In this document: positions 1 through 8,980 of the stretch, one piece after another
How the letters are laid out: every line of letters starts with the position of its first letter
How positions within the stretch are numbered: position 1 is the first letter of the stretch
Virus record (IMG/VR): IMGVR_UViG_3300042398_000857
Origin: an uncultured virus (IMG/VR IMGVR_UViG_3300042398_000857)
Lineage: Duplodnaviria; Heunggongvirae; Uroviricota; Caudoviricetes
DNA: 20,000 nucleotides
Strand: one strand, 5' to 3'
Made by a program: the position numbers and the translations under genes
Notes under the pieces: model-generated
What the model was told of the DNA's origin: nothing
The model's input: only the letters and a program-made list of their open reading frames with translations
Database searches by the model: none

Positions 1-839
1 ACTTCAAGCGATACATTATATTCAGCAAGGATTCCGATCCCACCCTGGTTTGTTGCTATAAAATGATCAACAACAACGGTTTTTACATACGATTCACTGG
101 AAATAATTGATCCATCGATATGTATACCCCCTCCACCAGCTGCTTGATCAACACGTTTCAATGTATTAGGTACATCAGCATCTAATAATGGTATTTTTCG
201 TGGTGAGATCAATTCATTTTGAACTGTTTGGAATGGAACAAATAATGTTCCATCATTCAAAAATGGTCCTGAAACACTTTCACAACTTTTAATAAGTGGT
301 GGGGTTTTAATAACAATTCCATTAACTATAGAAAATGCATAGGATGGGGCTTTATGATTTTGTACGGACAGATTTTCAACAACCGACCCACTATTCAAAT
401 AAAATACATTCAATGATGGATTCTGTGGAATTACCACGACTCGTGATTCGTATCCAATAATACTAACATTTTCTGGAATTATTAATGGATTATTTTCAAT
501 ATATACCCCAGCAAATACAATAATAGACGTGCCAGCGGTAGCAACACTTAATGCAGACAATAGTGTTTGTTTAGGTGATGCTAATGATGATCCTGTGTTA
601 CTATCGTTACCATTTTTTGATACAAAAATAACGTTCTTTGTAGGAATAGTATTAGTAATAAGTGAACTTTGAGGAACCCATGAGGTCTTTCCATCCACGT
701 TCCCAATTAAAATACTATTATTAACTGTTGGTCTACCCAACGCCGGTTGTGCTTGTCCTAACGAAACATATTCATATCTGTTTATGGTAAGTTGCGTTGC
801 TGGTACTACTTTTGTTCTTCCACTTAATAAATTAGGCAT
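1..839 (-). CDS. Virion structural / tailspike-like protein with predicted right-handed beta-helix (pectin-lyase-like) region; 3' end runs off the window; paralog of 4040..7879
   Basis: Not in the ORF track; translated by hand. ATG at 837-839 overlaps the stop of the upstream gene and the frame is open to position 1: MPNLLSGRTKVVPATQL...NVIFVSKNGNDSNTGSSLASPKQTLLSALSVATAGTSIIVFAGVYIENNPLIIPENVSIIG...NQGGIGIL. The YVS-x-x-GND-x-N-x-G-like motif and 'G-x-Y-x-E-x-x-P' are typical N-terminal caps of beta-helix proteins. Confidence 0.8.
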   Translation of the reverse strand, partial: MPNLLSGRTKVVPATQLTINRYEYVSLGQAQPALGRPTVNNSILIGNVDGKTSWVPQSSLITNTIPTKNVIFVSKNGNDSNTGSSLASPKQTLLSALSVATAGTSIIVFAGVYIENNPLIIPENVSIIGYESRVVVIPQNPSLNVFYLNSGSVVENLSVQNHKAPSYAFSIVNGIVIKTPPLIKSCESVSGPFLNDGTLFVPFQTVQNELISPRKIPLLDADVPNTLKRVDQAAGGGGIHIDGSIISSESYVKTVVVDHFIATNQGGIGILAEYNVSLE

Positions 840-3800
840 TTGCGGTCTCTAATATGCTAAGAGTAACTTTTAACCCGCTAGATTCACTAGCGTAAGCTAC
901 TATACTATCAAATGATTCAATAATCATTTTCCCTTGTATTAATGATGCAGAGTCATTAGGCGGAATTGAAAATTCCTTAACGATTTCTGTAACAGTATCA
1001 CCCGATTGATATCCATTTAATGTTGCTGGGTCAGCAAATACTGGTAAATTACGATAATGGGCAAATGTAACCGTGATTGTGTGGTTAGTTACATTTGATA
1101 CTTGCGCCATTAATACGATACCAGTAACCCCCGGAGGTGCTGTATAAATTTTTGTTGTATTTGGTGTATTTAATGAATCCATATACCCAATAACTTCGGC
1201 AATTATATAGTCTTTATTTGCCATTAATAAATTGAATCCCTTAACTATGTCAGTATTAGTTGACGCAGTTAACCCAATAGGTACCCTTGTTGGTGCCATT
1301 GATGGACCAAGATTTATAATTGGATATAATGTATTTGAAATTAAATTATACATTGATGTAACAACTGAGGTGGTTGATGGTTGCAATGATATAAACATTT
1401 GAACATCTGTTTGGTAAGGGGCAGTTACATACTTTGTACCATTTAATTCATTTTGTACAAATGGTTGTGTTAATCTAGTATTTTGTAACACCCCAGCCAT
1501 CACAATTCCCATATAGTTATAAGCATTTAATGTATCTGTTTTTTCTGATGCAACGACCGATGTGGTAGATGAATTATTATAATAATAAACCCCTGCTTGT
1601 ATAGCTTGTCTATTACCTGAATGTTCTAGATCAAAACGAATACAATCAACAATGAACCCGATGTCACGTTTACAAAAATCAGCAGTTGCTGTACCATTAC
1701 CGGTACCAGCAGTCACTGCAGTAAAAGTGGATCCATGTGTATATGTTATTCCAGTTGTACCAGCAATCGTATTCCAATCGGTTGTTGTTCCAACGTAATC
1801 AACTGTGTAAACGTTACCAGGAATAAACGATCCAGCATCATATCTTGTTACATATGTGAATCCAGATTGAGTAGTTGTATTAATATATTCAATTACCTCT
1901 GCTTTCAAGAAATTTTTATTAGCTAATAATATTTCAAATGCATTAATAGTTGATGTATCAATAGATGGTTCTAAACTAATTGGTTTAATTTCGGTTGCAG
2001 TTGATGGACCATTTAGAATTATATTAGTAATTAAATCAATATTTTTCTCAGCAATTTCAGATTGTAAACTAGTTCCGTATGATGTTGTAATCACTTGTTT
2101 AACATCATTTTGGTAAATACCGGCAACTGGTTGGCCTTCAATCACCATTTTTACTAGATCTTTCAAGTAGTTGTAAGCAGATATTGATTGTGAAACTTCA
2201 TCAGATACCCCATATGATCCATATGAAGAAATATTGGTAGTAGAAACATTTTGATTTTTATTAACGGTCCAAGTAGTACCACTACCACTAACAATATATG
2301 TACCAGCAATTACATTATTACCACTAATGTATTGGCCTTTTGCAATAACTGAATTTGGAGCTAATCCACTGATGGTCAACGTAGTTCCAGAAATATAACT
2401 TGATGTTGACGAAAATTTTGCAGTAGTTATACTAATAGGGGTGCCAATATTATGAACATTACTAACTGTCCATGTAGTCCCACTTCCACTGATGATGTAA
2501 GTACCATCAGTAATTCCAGATCCAGTTATATATTGTCCTTTAGCAACTGTACCAACTAAGGTTCCACCAATTGTCAATGTTGTTCCAATAATCATACTTG
2601 CAGTTGATGTAAAATATGGTAATAATGGTATAGATGAGATTGCAGTTGTAGCAACGTTCTGTGTATTGTTGACCGTCCATATCTTTCCAGATCCACCTGT
2701 AATATATGTCCCAGAAATAACGTTGGTTCCTTGTAAATATTGTCCAATTGCTATTGTTCCCGAAATAACTCCACCCACTGTCAAAGTAGTTCCAGAAATA
2801 GTGCTTTCAGTTGATGTAAATTGTCCAGAATTTACCGATAACTGGGATGCATTCGAAAATTCATAATAATAAGTTCCTGCTTGGATTGATTGTCTATTTC
2901 CACCATAAATTAAATCAAAACTAATACAATCAATAATGTAGCCAACATCACGATAACAATTATCTCTATTATATACAAAGTTATACCAGATTGATGCACT
3001 AGAGGTAGCAATAGCTATATTATTTGATATCCATGCATCTATTTCTGATTGTACAAATTTTTTATTAGCCTGAATAAGTGAGTATACGTCAAGCAACAAC
3101 TCATCAGTAGTAATCAATCCATTGGATATTATTTGGTCAGTTACACCATTTGTACCATTATTAATTATCCCAGTAATAATACCGAATAACTCATTAATAG
3201 TAGTTGAGTAGGTATCACTTACATACAAAGTAGTATTTGTAATTTGTGTTAATGTATTACCGTTTGACGCAGTTATTGATTGGTTAGAAATAATGTCCAG
3301 CATCATTGATTTAATATAATCAATTGCTGCAAGTGTTTGGAGGGCTTCTGCAGGAATACTAGTATTCCCTTGTCCCCAATATTGTAACGCTGAGAAAGTT
3401 GATTGGGTTGATCCACCAAATAATAAATCAAATGCCAATGAATCAATAATCAATCCAGTATCTCTGGCACATTTTACTTGATCATATTTGTACCCTGTAT
3501 AGAACATATCATCAACGAATGCTTTTACTTCTTCTTGTAAAAACGCCTTATTACTCCCAAGTAAAGTTGAAGCATTTAGCATACCTGAATCAGATACTAC
3601 CATAGAATTTGGTTCAATTTTATTAGTTGTACCTGCTATTCCATTTTCGATAATATCAATAATTAGATTAAATTCAGACTCAATGATATCAACCGCTGCA
3701 TCACTTCCAGCAGTCCCTAACACTTGTGTTTCGGTATTACCAGGAGTTGGTGAAACTAATTCACTTTTAGCAATTTTTAATGCTACTTTTTTAGCATGTT

Positions 3801-4026
3801 CCATCGCTGCAAGTGTTTGAAAAACTTCACCTGGGATTTTTGTTTTACCTTGTGACCAATATTGCACAGCTGCAAAAGCGGTTTGTGTATTACCACCGTA
3901 AAGCAAGTCAAATGCAATTGAATCTATAATCAATCCAGTATCTCTAGCACATTTTGCTTGATTATATTTCAGTGTTGTTAACACTGATGTTTTTGTTTTA
4001 AACGTATTTAATGGTATTAATGCCAT
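832..4026 (-). CDS. Large virion structural protein (1064 aa): small beta-rich host domain interrupted by four helical C-x-R-D repeats and Gly/Thr-rich beta repeats
   Basis: Long ORF with AGAGGA Shine-Dalgarno; located in the late structural operon; internal repeats visible in the translation. Confidence 0.8.
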   Translation of the reverse strand: MALIPLNTFKTKTSVLTTLKYNQAKCARDTGLIIDSIAFDLLYGGNTQTAFAAVQYWSQGKTKIPGEVFQTLAAMEHAKKVALKIAKSELVSPTPGNTETQVLGTAGSDAAVDIIESEFNLIIDIIENGIAGTTNKIEPNSMVVSDSGMLNASTLLGSNKAFLQEEVKAFVDDMFYTGYKYDQVKCARDTGLIIDSLAFDLLFGGSTQSTFSALQYWGQGNTSIPAEALQTLAAIDYIKSMMLDIISNQSITASNGNTLTQITNTTLYVSDTYSTTINELFGIITGIINNGTNGVTDQIISNGLITTDELLLDVYSLIQANKKFVQSEIDAWISNNIAIATSSASIWYNFVYNRDNCYRDVGYIIDCISFDLIYGGNRQSIQAGTYYYEFSNASQLSVNSGQFTSTESTISGTTLTVGGVISGTIAIGQYLQGTNVISGTYITGGSGKIWTVNNTQNVATTAISSIPLLPYFTSTASMIIGTTLTIGGTLVGTVAKGQYITGSGITDGTYIISGSGTTWTVSNVHNIGTPISITTAKFSSTSSYISGTTLTISGLAPNSVIAKGQYISGNNVIAGTYIVSGSGTTWTVNKNQNVSTTNISSYGSYGVSDEVSQSISAYNYLKDLVKMVIEGQPVAGIYQNDVKQVITTSYGTSLQSEIAEKNIDLITNIILNGPSTATEIKPISLEPSIDTSTINAFEILLANKNFLKAEVIEYINTTTQSGFTYVTRYDAGSFIPGNVYTVDYVGTTTDWNTIAGTTGITYTHGSTFTAVTAGTGNGTATADFCKRDIGFIVDCIRFDLEHSGNRQAIQAGVYYYNNSSTTSVVASEKTDTLNAYNYMGIVMAGVLQNTRLTQPFVQNELNGTKYVTAPYQTDVQMFISLQPSTTSVVTSMYNLISNTLYPIINLGPSMAPTRVPIGLTASTNTDIVKGFNLLMANKDYIIAEVIGYMDSLNTPNTTKIYTAPPGVTGIVLMAQVSNVTNHTITVTFAHYRNLPVFADPATLNGYQSGDTVTEIVKEFSIPPNDSASLIQGKMIIESFDSIVAYASESSGLKVTLSILETANA

Positions 4027-6960
4027 GTATTAAATCCTCTTAACCTTCAATTGCTAATATAAACGGAGTTATTTCTGCAAATAAACTTTTTTGGAATGTT
4101 CTTCCGCTTAGAACACCAGTTGCCTGACTGATTACCAATCCAGGTCCAATTCTAAAATCACCATTCTGATCAGTAGATGTGAAAAATACTTTCCCACCAT
4201 CCAACATGTTTACTTCATTTGGTTGTTTTGGATCAACTCGACCAACTTGTGGGAGTGCACCATAATTTGTTCCAGCACCAACATATTCAAATAGGTATCC
4301 AGATGCCGACATATAACTTCTTTGGTAAAAATTAACTATCGCACCATCTGGGAATAAATTGTAATCAGTAACACTATCTTCCAATGTAACAATATGATAT
4401 GTACCAGGTCTTGAAAAATATGATAATGCTGAGTATACTGCATTATAATTTCCACCAGCCACTAAATCATATGCAAGATTAGTACATATTAATGCTACAT
4501 CTCGTCTGCATTTAGTTGAATTGTAGATCAGTCTATACCAATTTGATTCTGGTATAGCTAATGCAACCTGTGACTTAATAAAAGCTGTTATTTCTTCTAC
4601 AAAAAATTGTAAATTTTTCAATATTAATTGTGCAGCATCCCCATCAGATGGTACAACTTGACCAACTTTAACAGGGGTTGGTGCTGATTCATACCCATTC
4701 TTCAATGTATCAATTACTATATTTATCAATGTTTCAACTCTATTAGCTGATGCGGTGCCATCGTATGCAGTATCCAATACTTGTTCTACATATGTTTGGT
4801 TAACTTCAGTTGGAGTATTTGAAATTACATTCAATAGTAATGTACTTAAATACTGCAATGATGCAACTTCTGGATTATCCGAATCGAGACCAGTATTTGT
4901 TGTAATTTGTGCAGTTGGTAGAATACTATCGCTTGCATTAATACTTGTTTTATCGGATCGTAATGACGGATTATTGGATGGTTCACTTGATAATATAGTA
5001 TAATATGCCTTTCCGCACGTAAATAAAGTAAAATAACTTGGATTATTTACGTCACCACCAGATAATTTAACTGGTTTATTAAAATAAATGGTTTCGGGCC
5101 CAATGTCACTAATAATTGTTCCATCTTGTAAATAAGGCGTAAATTCATTTGTAACTGGATTTGTTACACCATAACTACCATATTGATCTCTAACGTATAC
5201 TGTTTGACCAATATACATGTTATCAACCTCAATGCCAGACAAAAATAATGATCCAGCAGTAATAGTAGGAAAAGTAATAGTTGCTGTTAAAAATCCCGAT
5301 TTTCCTTGTGCATTTACATAAGTAATAGGTGGTTCTACTTCCATCATTAGCGCAATATGTGGTCTATTCGCAGTATCTGGAACAAATACGCACACTCTTT
5401 GTTTGTACGGAAAGAACCCAGATTGATAATTTATATTATATTCAAATGATTTTGATATATCATTAAATGAAGATGCAGACGGATTATATACCGTCCCTGA
5501 AAATTCACGCGGTCCATATCCCTTTGAAATCATACAGTATGTCCCAAAGTTGGCGTTTGAGTTTGTGATAGAGGCAATACCACCATTATCCGCTTGTACC
5601 GCAATTGAGCTAAAAATGGTAAATACTGATACTAACTGAACATATCCACGGTTAGTTACTCGAACCCCGCGTCCACCCTGATTCACTTGTGTGAAAGCAT
5701 CTGCTACGAATGATCTAACAGGTGAATTATCAGTAACAACATCACCATCAATTAACATTCCACCCATAGCACCCCATGGATCACAGCGTCTATTTGCCCA
5801 GACATCAGGTATATTTGCGTCAATTAATGGATATACGGTAGTGAAACCAAAGTACAAGGTAGAGAAATTACCTATACCAACAGTTGGTTTGTCTAATACA
5901 ACACTATATTGAGTTCCAGTTTGAAGTGAAACAGACACAACTTTAGTTGATTGTTGAACATTATCCGCACTAACCCCAGTTGCAGAAAATAATGCAGTAC
6001 CAGAATATTTGATTGGTGCTACTTCGACCCCGTTATTAACTATGTTAGAAATAATTTGCATATTTCTTACGATAGTTGGTACTGTTATAATTCCATTTGT
6101 TAAATTTTCTGTTTCAGTATTAGCTACTACTTTAATTTGTGTTTGATTATTTCCGGTAGTTTTTATAACAGTGTCACTTTTAACAATACTTTGTAATACA
6201 TCAGAAATTCGGGTAAATGCATCAGTACAAATAGTTAATTCAAGTTGTTGTAAAACAAGTTCAGTTGCTCGATAATATGAAGTACCAATTTCAATTGCAC
6301 GTGAGTTTCCACCTAACAATATATCTTGAGAAATGGCATCAACTATATATCCAGTATCTCGTTCACTTTTATCTGGATCATAGATAAATGATGGATATTT
6401 TGATGAAATATATGCAGTGATTTCTTTTTGAATAAACACTTTATTCAATTGTATTAATATTTCCGCACTATCTAACCCAAATTCTGGCCCAGTGCTATAA
6501 TATATTGTTGGTGCATTAGCAATATCATCTATAATTTTTTTAATTATTCCAATATTTTTAGTAAACGGTATCAATGCAATATTACCACCGGTTAAAGTTG
6601 GATTAATCCATTGAAGAGTTACATTATCACCAGATACAATATTTGGGGCTTGGGTATTATTTACGATGGATGCAATCAGAGTAACAATATAATTCAATGC
6701 TGACTTAGTTTGTTCTGTTTCACCAGCAATATAACTTACAACACCATTCCAGTATGCAACACCCGCTTGAACGGATTTTGAATTGCCGCCAAATGTTGTA
6801 TCAAATAAGACATGCTCTATAATTGTAGCGATATCACGTCTACATTTTTCCCTATCATACACAAAAGTAGGATATTGTTGAGCAATATATTCTAAAACTT
6901 GCTCTTGAATAAATTTAACATTTGCAAGAATTAATGTTCTTGCTGAAAAGAAACCTTGTT
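1180..6960 (-). repeat. Seven dispersed ~160-aa alpha-helical repeats, core Y-x3-K-C-x-R-D-x-G-x-I-I-D-x3-F-D-L-x2-G-G-N, across two genes
   Basis: Core Cys/Ser codons at nt 3949-3951, 3469-3471, 2956-2958 and 1672-1674 (1064-aa ORF) and at 6842-6844, 6365-6367 (Ser) and 4508-4510 (1279-aa ORF). Confidence 0.9.
2224..2820 (-). repeat. Three tandem ~66-69 aa Gly/Thr/Ser-rich beta repeats (F-x-ST-x-S-x-I-x-GTTLT...GQY...GTYI-x-x-GSG-x-x-WTV)
   Basis: Units start at aa 403, 472 and 538 of the 1064-aa ORF (nt 2820, 2613, 2415). Confidence 0.9.
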
Positions 6961-7879
6961 GTTGTGGGGCTGTATTAATTGACATACCTGGTACAATAGA
7001 ACCGTATGACACATCAACAGTTATTTCATTTAATCCCTCGGTGAAGGTTGTTGTCCCAATAGCTTCTGGTACTTGAACTGTTTGATTTGGGATAAACATT
7101 GAGCCATCATACAGCCATGGTCCAGTTTGGTTAGTACAGTTCTGAACATATGGTGATTTATATACAGTAATTTTACCTGTTTTTAATTTATAATTCGATA
7201 TTGTTGCGGTTGCATTACTAGAAATGGTAATTTGTGTTCCAGAATCAATTGATACCACAGTTGCCCCAGTTGGTATGAAATTACCAGCATTATCTATGCC
7301 TATGATTTCCATACCTATAACAATATTGTCAGTTGAACTAATACCAGTAATATAACTACGTTGATCAGTGATAGTTCCAGTAAATGAAAATCCATAATTT
7401 ATTGGAAATGATACTGTATACGCACCACGATCTAAATTAGGATCTACAATACCACTCCTACCATTAATAAACTGTAGTTGTGCTAGATAGCATGAGCTAT
7501 TAACATGGAATAGATCTTGTGTTTTATTAATAGGTTCTAACATGGTTGTTCTTAAATCGCTACCAATTACTGATGTATATGGTTTGATAACAATAGGATT
7601 ATTTTCATAATAATGTCCTGATGCAACTTTAATTGTAGTACCAGGTTGATATAATGGAGATTTAACTGCACCGCTTACCGTTCTGCAAGCTCTTGTAGGA
7701 TCTTGTGCTGAACCATCATTAGTATCAGTTCCATCCATAGTTACGTATAATACATTGGTTACTACTGGCGCTGTACCATATGGCTTTCCATTAACCAAAA
7801 AGTCACTATCAATTACTGTTTTACCAGAATTTAATTTAACTATGTAATCGCCTTGGTCAACATTTATTACTCTTGACAT
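4040..7879 (-). CDS. Large virion structural / fibre or spike-like protein (1279 aa) with predicted beta-helix scaffold and three inserted helical repeats
   Basis: AAGGAG SD; N-terminal VLYVTMDGTDTNDG...GHYYENNPIVIKPYTSVIGSDLR beta-helix cap; DAFTQVNQGGRGVRVTNRGYVQLVSVFTIF beta-helix-like rungs; late operon context. Confidence 0.8.
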   Translation of the reverse strand: MSRVINVDQGDYIVKLNSGKTVIDSDFLVNGKPYGTAPVVTNVLYVTMDGTDTNDGSAQDPTRACRTVSGAVKSPLYQPGTTIKVASGHYYENNPIVIKPYTSVIGSDLRTTMLEPINKTQDLFHVNSSCYLAQLQFINGRSGIVDPNLDRGAYTVSFPINYGFSFTGTITDQRSYITGISSTDNIVIGMEIIGIDNAGNFIPTGATVVSIDSGTQITISSNATATISNYKLKTGKITVYKSPYVQNCTNQTGPWLYDGSMFIPNQTVQVPEAIGTTTFTEGLNEITVDVSYGSIVPGMSINTAPQQQGFFSARTLILANVKFIQEQVLEYIAQQYPTFVYDREKCRRDIATIIEHVLFDTTFGGNSKSVQAGVAYWNGVVSYIAGETEQTKSALNYIVTLIASIVNNTQAPNIVSGDNVTLQWINPTLTGGNIALIPFTKNIGIIKKIIDDIANAPTIYYSTGPEFGLDSAEILIQLNKVFIQKEITAYISSKYPSFIYDPDKSERDTGYIVDAISQDILLGGNSRAIEIGTSYYRATELVLQQLELTICTDAFTRISDVLQSIVKSDTVIKTTGNNQTQIKVVANTETENLTNGIITVPTIVRNMQIISNIVNNGVEVAPIKYSGTALFSATGVSADNVQQSTKVVSVSLQTGTQYSVVLDKPTVGIGNFSTLYFGFTTVYPLIDANIPDVWANRRCDPWGAMGGMLIDGDVVTDNSPVRSFVADAFTQVNQGGRGVRVTNRGYVQLVSVFTIFSSIAVQADNGGIASITNSNANFGTYCMISKGYGPREFSGTVYNPSASSFNDISKSFEYNINYQSGFFPYKQRVCVFVPDTANRPHIALMMEVEPPITYVNAQGKSGFLTATITFPTITAGSLFLSGIEVDNMYIGQTVYVRDQYGSYGVTNPVTNEFTPYLQDGTIISDIGPETIYFNKPVKLSGGDVNNPSYFTLFTCGKAYYTILSSEPSNNPSLRSDKTSINASDSILPTAQITTNTGLDSDNPEVASLQYLSTLLLNVISNTPTEVNQTYVEQVLDTAYDGTASANRVETLINIVIDTLKNGYESAPTPVKVGQVVPSDGDAAQLILKNLQFFVEEITAFIKSQVALAIPESNWYRLIYNSTKCRRDVALICTNLAYDLVAGGNYNAVYSALSYFSRPGTYHIVTLEDSVTDYNLFPDGAIVNFYQRSYMSASGYLFEYVGAGTNYGALPQVGRVDPKQPNEVNMLDGGKVFFTSTDQNGDFRIGPGLVISQATGVLSGRTFQKSLFAEITPFILAIEG

Positions 7880-7895
7880 TTATACTCCTTAGATA

Positions 7896-7915
7896 GAGGG
7901 TTCTTGCGAACCCTC
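7896..7915 (-). terminator. Stem-loop (8 bp, GCAA tetraloop) between genes; weak terminator or mRNA processing/stability hairpin
   Basis: Minus strand GAGGGTTC-GCAA-GAACCCTC is a perfect stem, followed by TATCT rather than a U-run. Confidence 0.5.
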
Positions 7916-7931
7916 AGTTGTTATGTTTTTA

Positions 7932-8894
7932 TTAAGTGTTTGCGATTTGTACGTTTACACCGGTTGCTAAGTATGGTTGTACTGGATAAGCTTTAGTACC
8001 GCTCGCTCCATTCATTGTCCATTCAACAGCTGCACCAGTTGCAAACTCCCAGCCAGAACCACCAGTTGCTTGGGTTAAAGTTGCTTTATGGGCAGTCAAT
8101 TTAGTAACATAATAAGTTTTGCTACTTGCATCAGTTGCAATAATATTAGCTTCACCAGCTACTAACGATCCAGATGCTTTTGCAACTAATTTAACGACAC
8201 CAGTATTAGTACCGTCTGTTACTTTATAACGATTGGTAGATACTTGTTTGATAATATCAACTAATACGGCAGAACCACCGGTTAGATAAGCAGTCATACT
8301 GATTGCGTTTTCTTGATTTCCAACTGTACCAACAATACCGGTATCAACTAACATGTTTACAGTTGGCGTACCTGGTAATGTTGCGGACCCAGCAAATGAT
8401 GCAGTTGCATCAACTGAGTGTGAATAACCAGAACCTTGTTTTGTAATTGTGATAGATTTAGCACGATATGTAATTACAATTGTAGCTAAAGTTCCAGTAC
8501 CACCGGTAACTGCCTGTGCACCAGCTGCCAATGCAGTGAATGAACCACGGTTAACTGGTGTTAATCCAGTAATTGAACCAGAACCGTCAACAGTAATACT
8601 AAAAGTTGCACTTCCTACACTAACAACATCAGTAACAAGGTATCCGGAACCTGCGTTACCACCAACAACTGTTGCACTTAAAACTTCTGAAACAACTGTA
8701 CCAGTTGCAGTTTCAGCACCTTCTGCCAATAAATCTGGATTACTGAAAGTAATAGTTGGACGAACGGTATATGATCCCAATGTGCCCAGTGTAACACTAG
8801 CGACTGAAGTACCACCGATGCCAGAATCAGTAGTTGAGGTAGATGAACCGATGTTACGGTTGCCGAAATATTTTTTATTTAAAGGTCTTCCCAT
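7932..8894 (-). CDS. Gly/Thr/Ala-rich putative virion (possibly head decoration) protein, 320 aa
   Basis: AGGAGA SD; its own TAAATA promoter; directly downstream of the major capsid gene; beta-rich composition with G-x-G-Y motifs. Function inferred from position only. Confidence 0.65.
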   Translation of the reverse strand: MGRPLNKKYFGNRNIGSSTSTTDSGIGGTSVASVTLGTLGSYTVRPTITFSNPDLLAEGAETATGTVVSEVLSATVVGGNAGSGYLVTDVVSVGSATFSITVDGSGSITGLTPVNRGSFTALAAGAQAVTGGTGTLATIVITYRAKSITITKQGSGYSHSVDATASFAGSATLPGTPTVNMLVDTGIVGTVGNQENAISMTAYLTGGSAVLVDIIKQVSTNRYKVTDGTNTGVVKLVAKASGSLVAGEANIIATDASSKTYYVTKLTAHKATLTQATGGSGWEFATGAAVEWTMNGASGTKAYPVQPYLATGVNVQIANT

Positions 8895-8980
8895 TTGATT
8901 GTCTCCTATGACGTTTTGGGTCTACGCAGTGGGGTACTGCATAAATCTTGAATTATTTCAAGACATATTAATAGACAATG

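Noticed and set aside
3300..3970. Diversity-generating retroelement TR/VR pair
   Set aside because: Both copies are in-frame parts of one ORF, differences are not adenine-specific, and no reverse transcriptase is visible.
832..7879. Calling the phage a cyanophage because of the phycobiliprotein-like repeats
   Set aside because: No photosynthesis or bilin-synthesis genes or other host markers are in the window; the host cannot be assigned.
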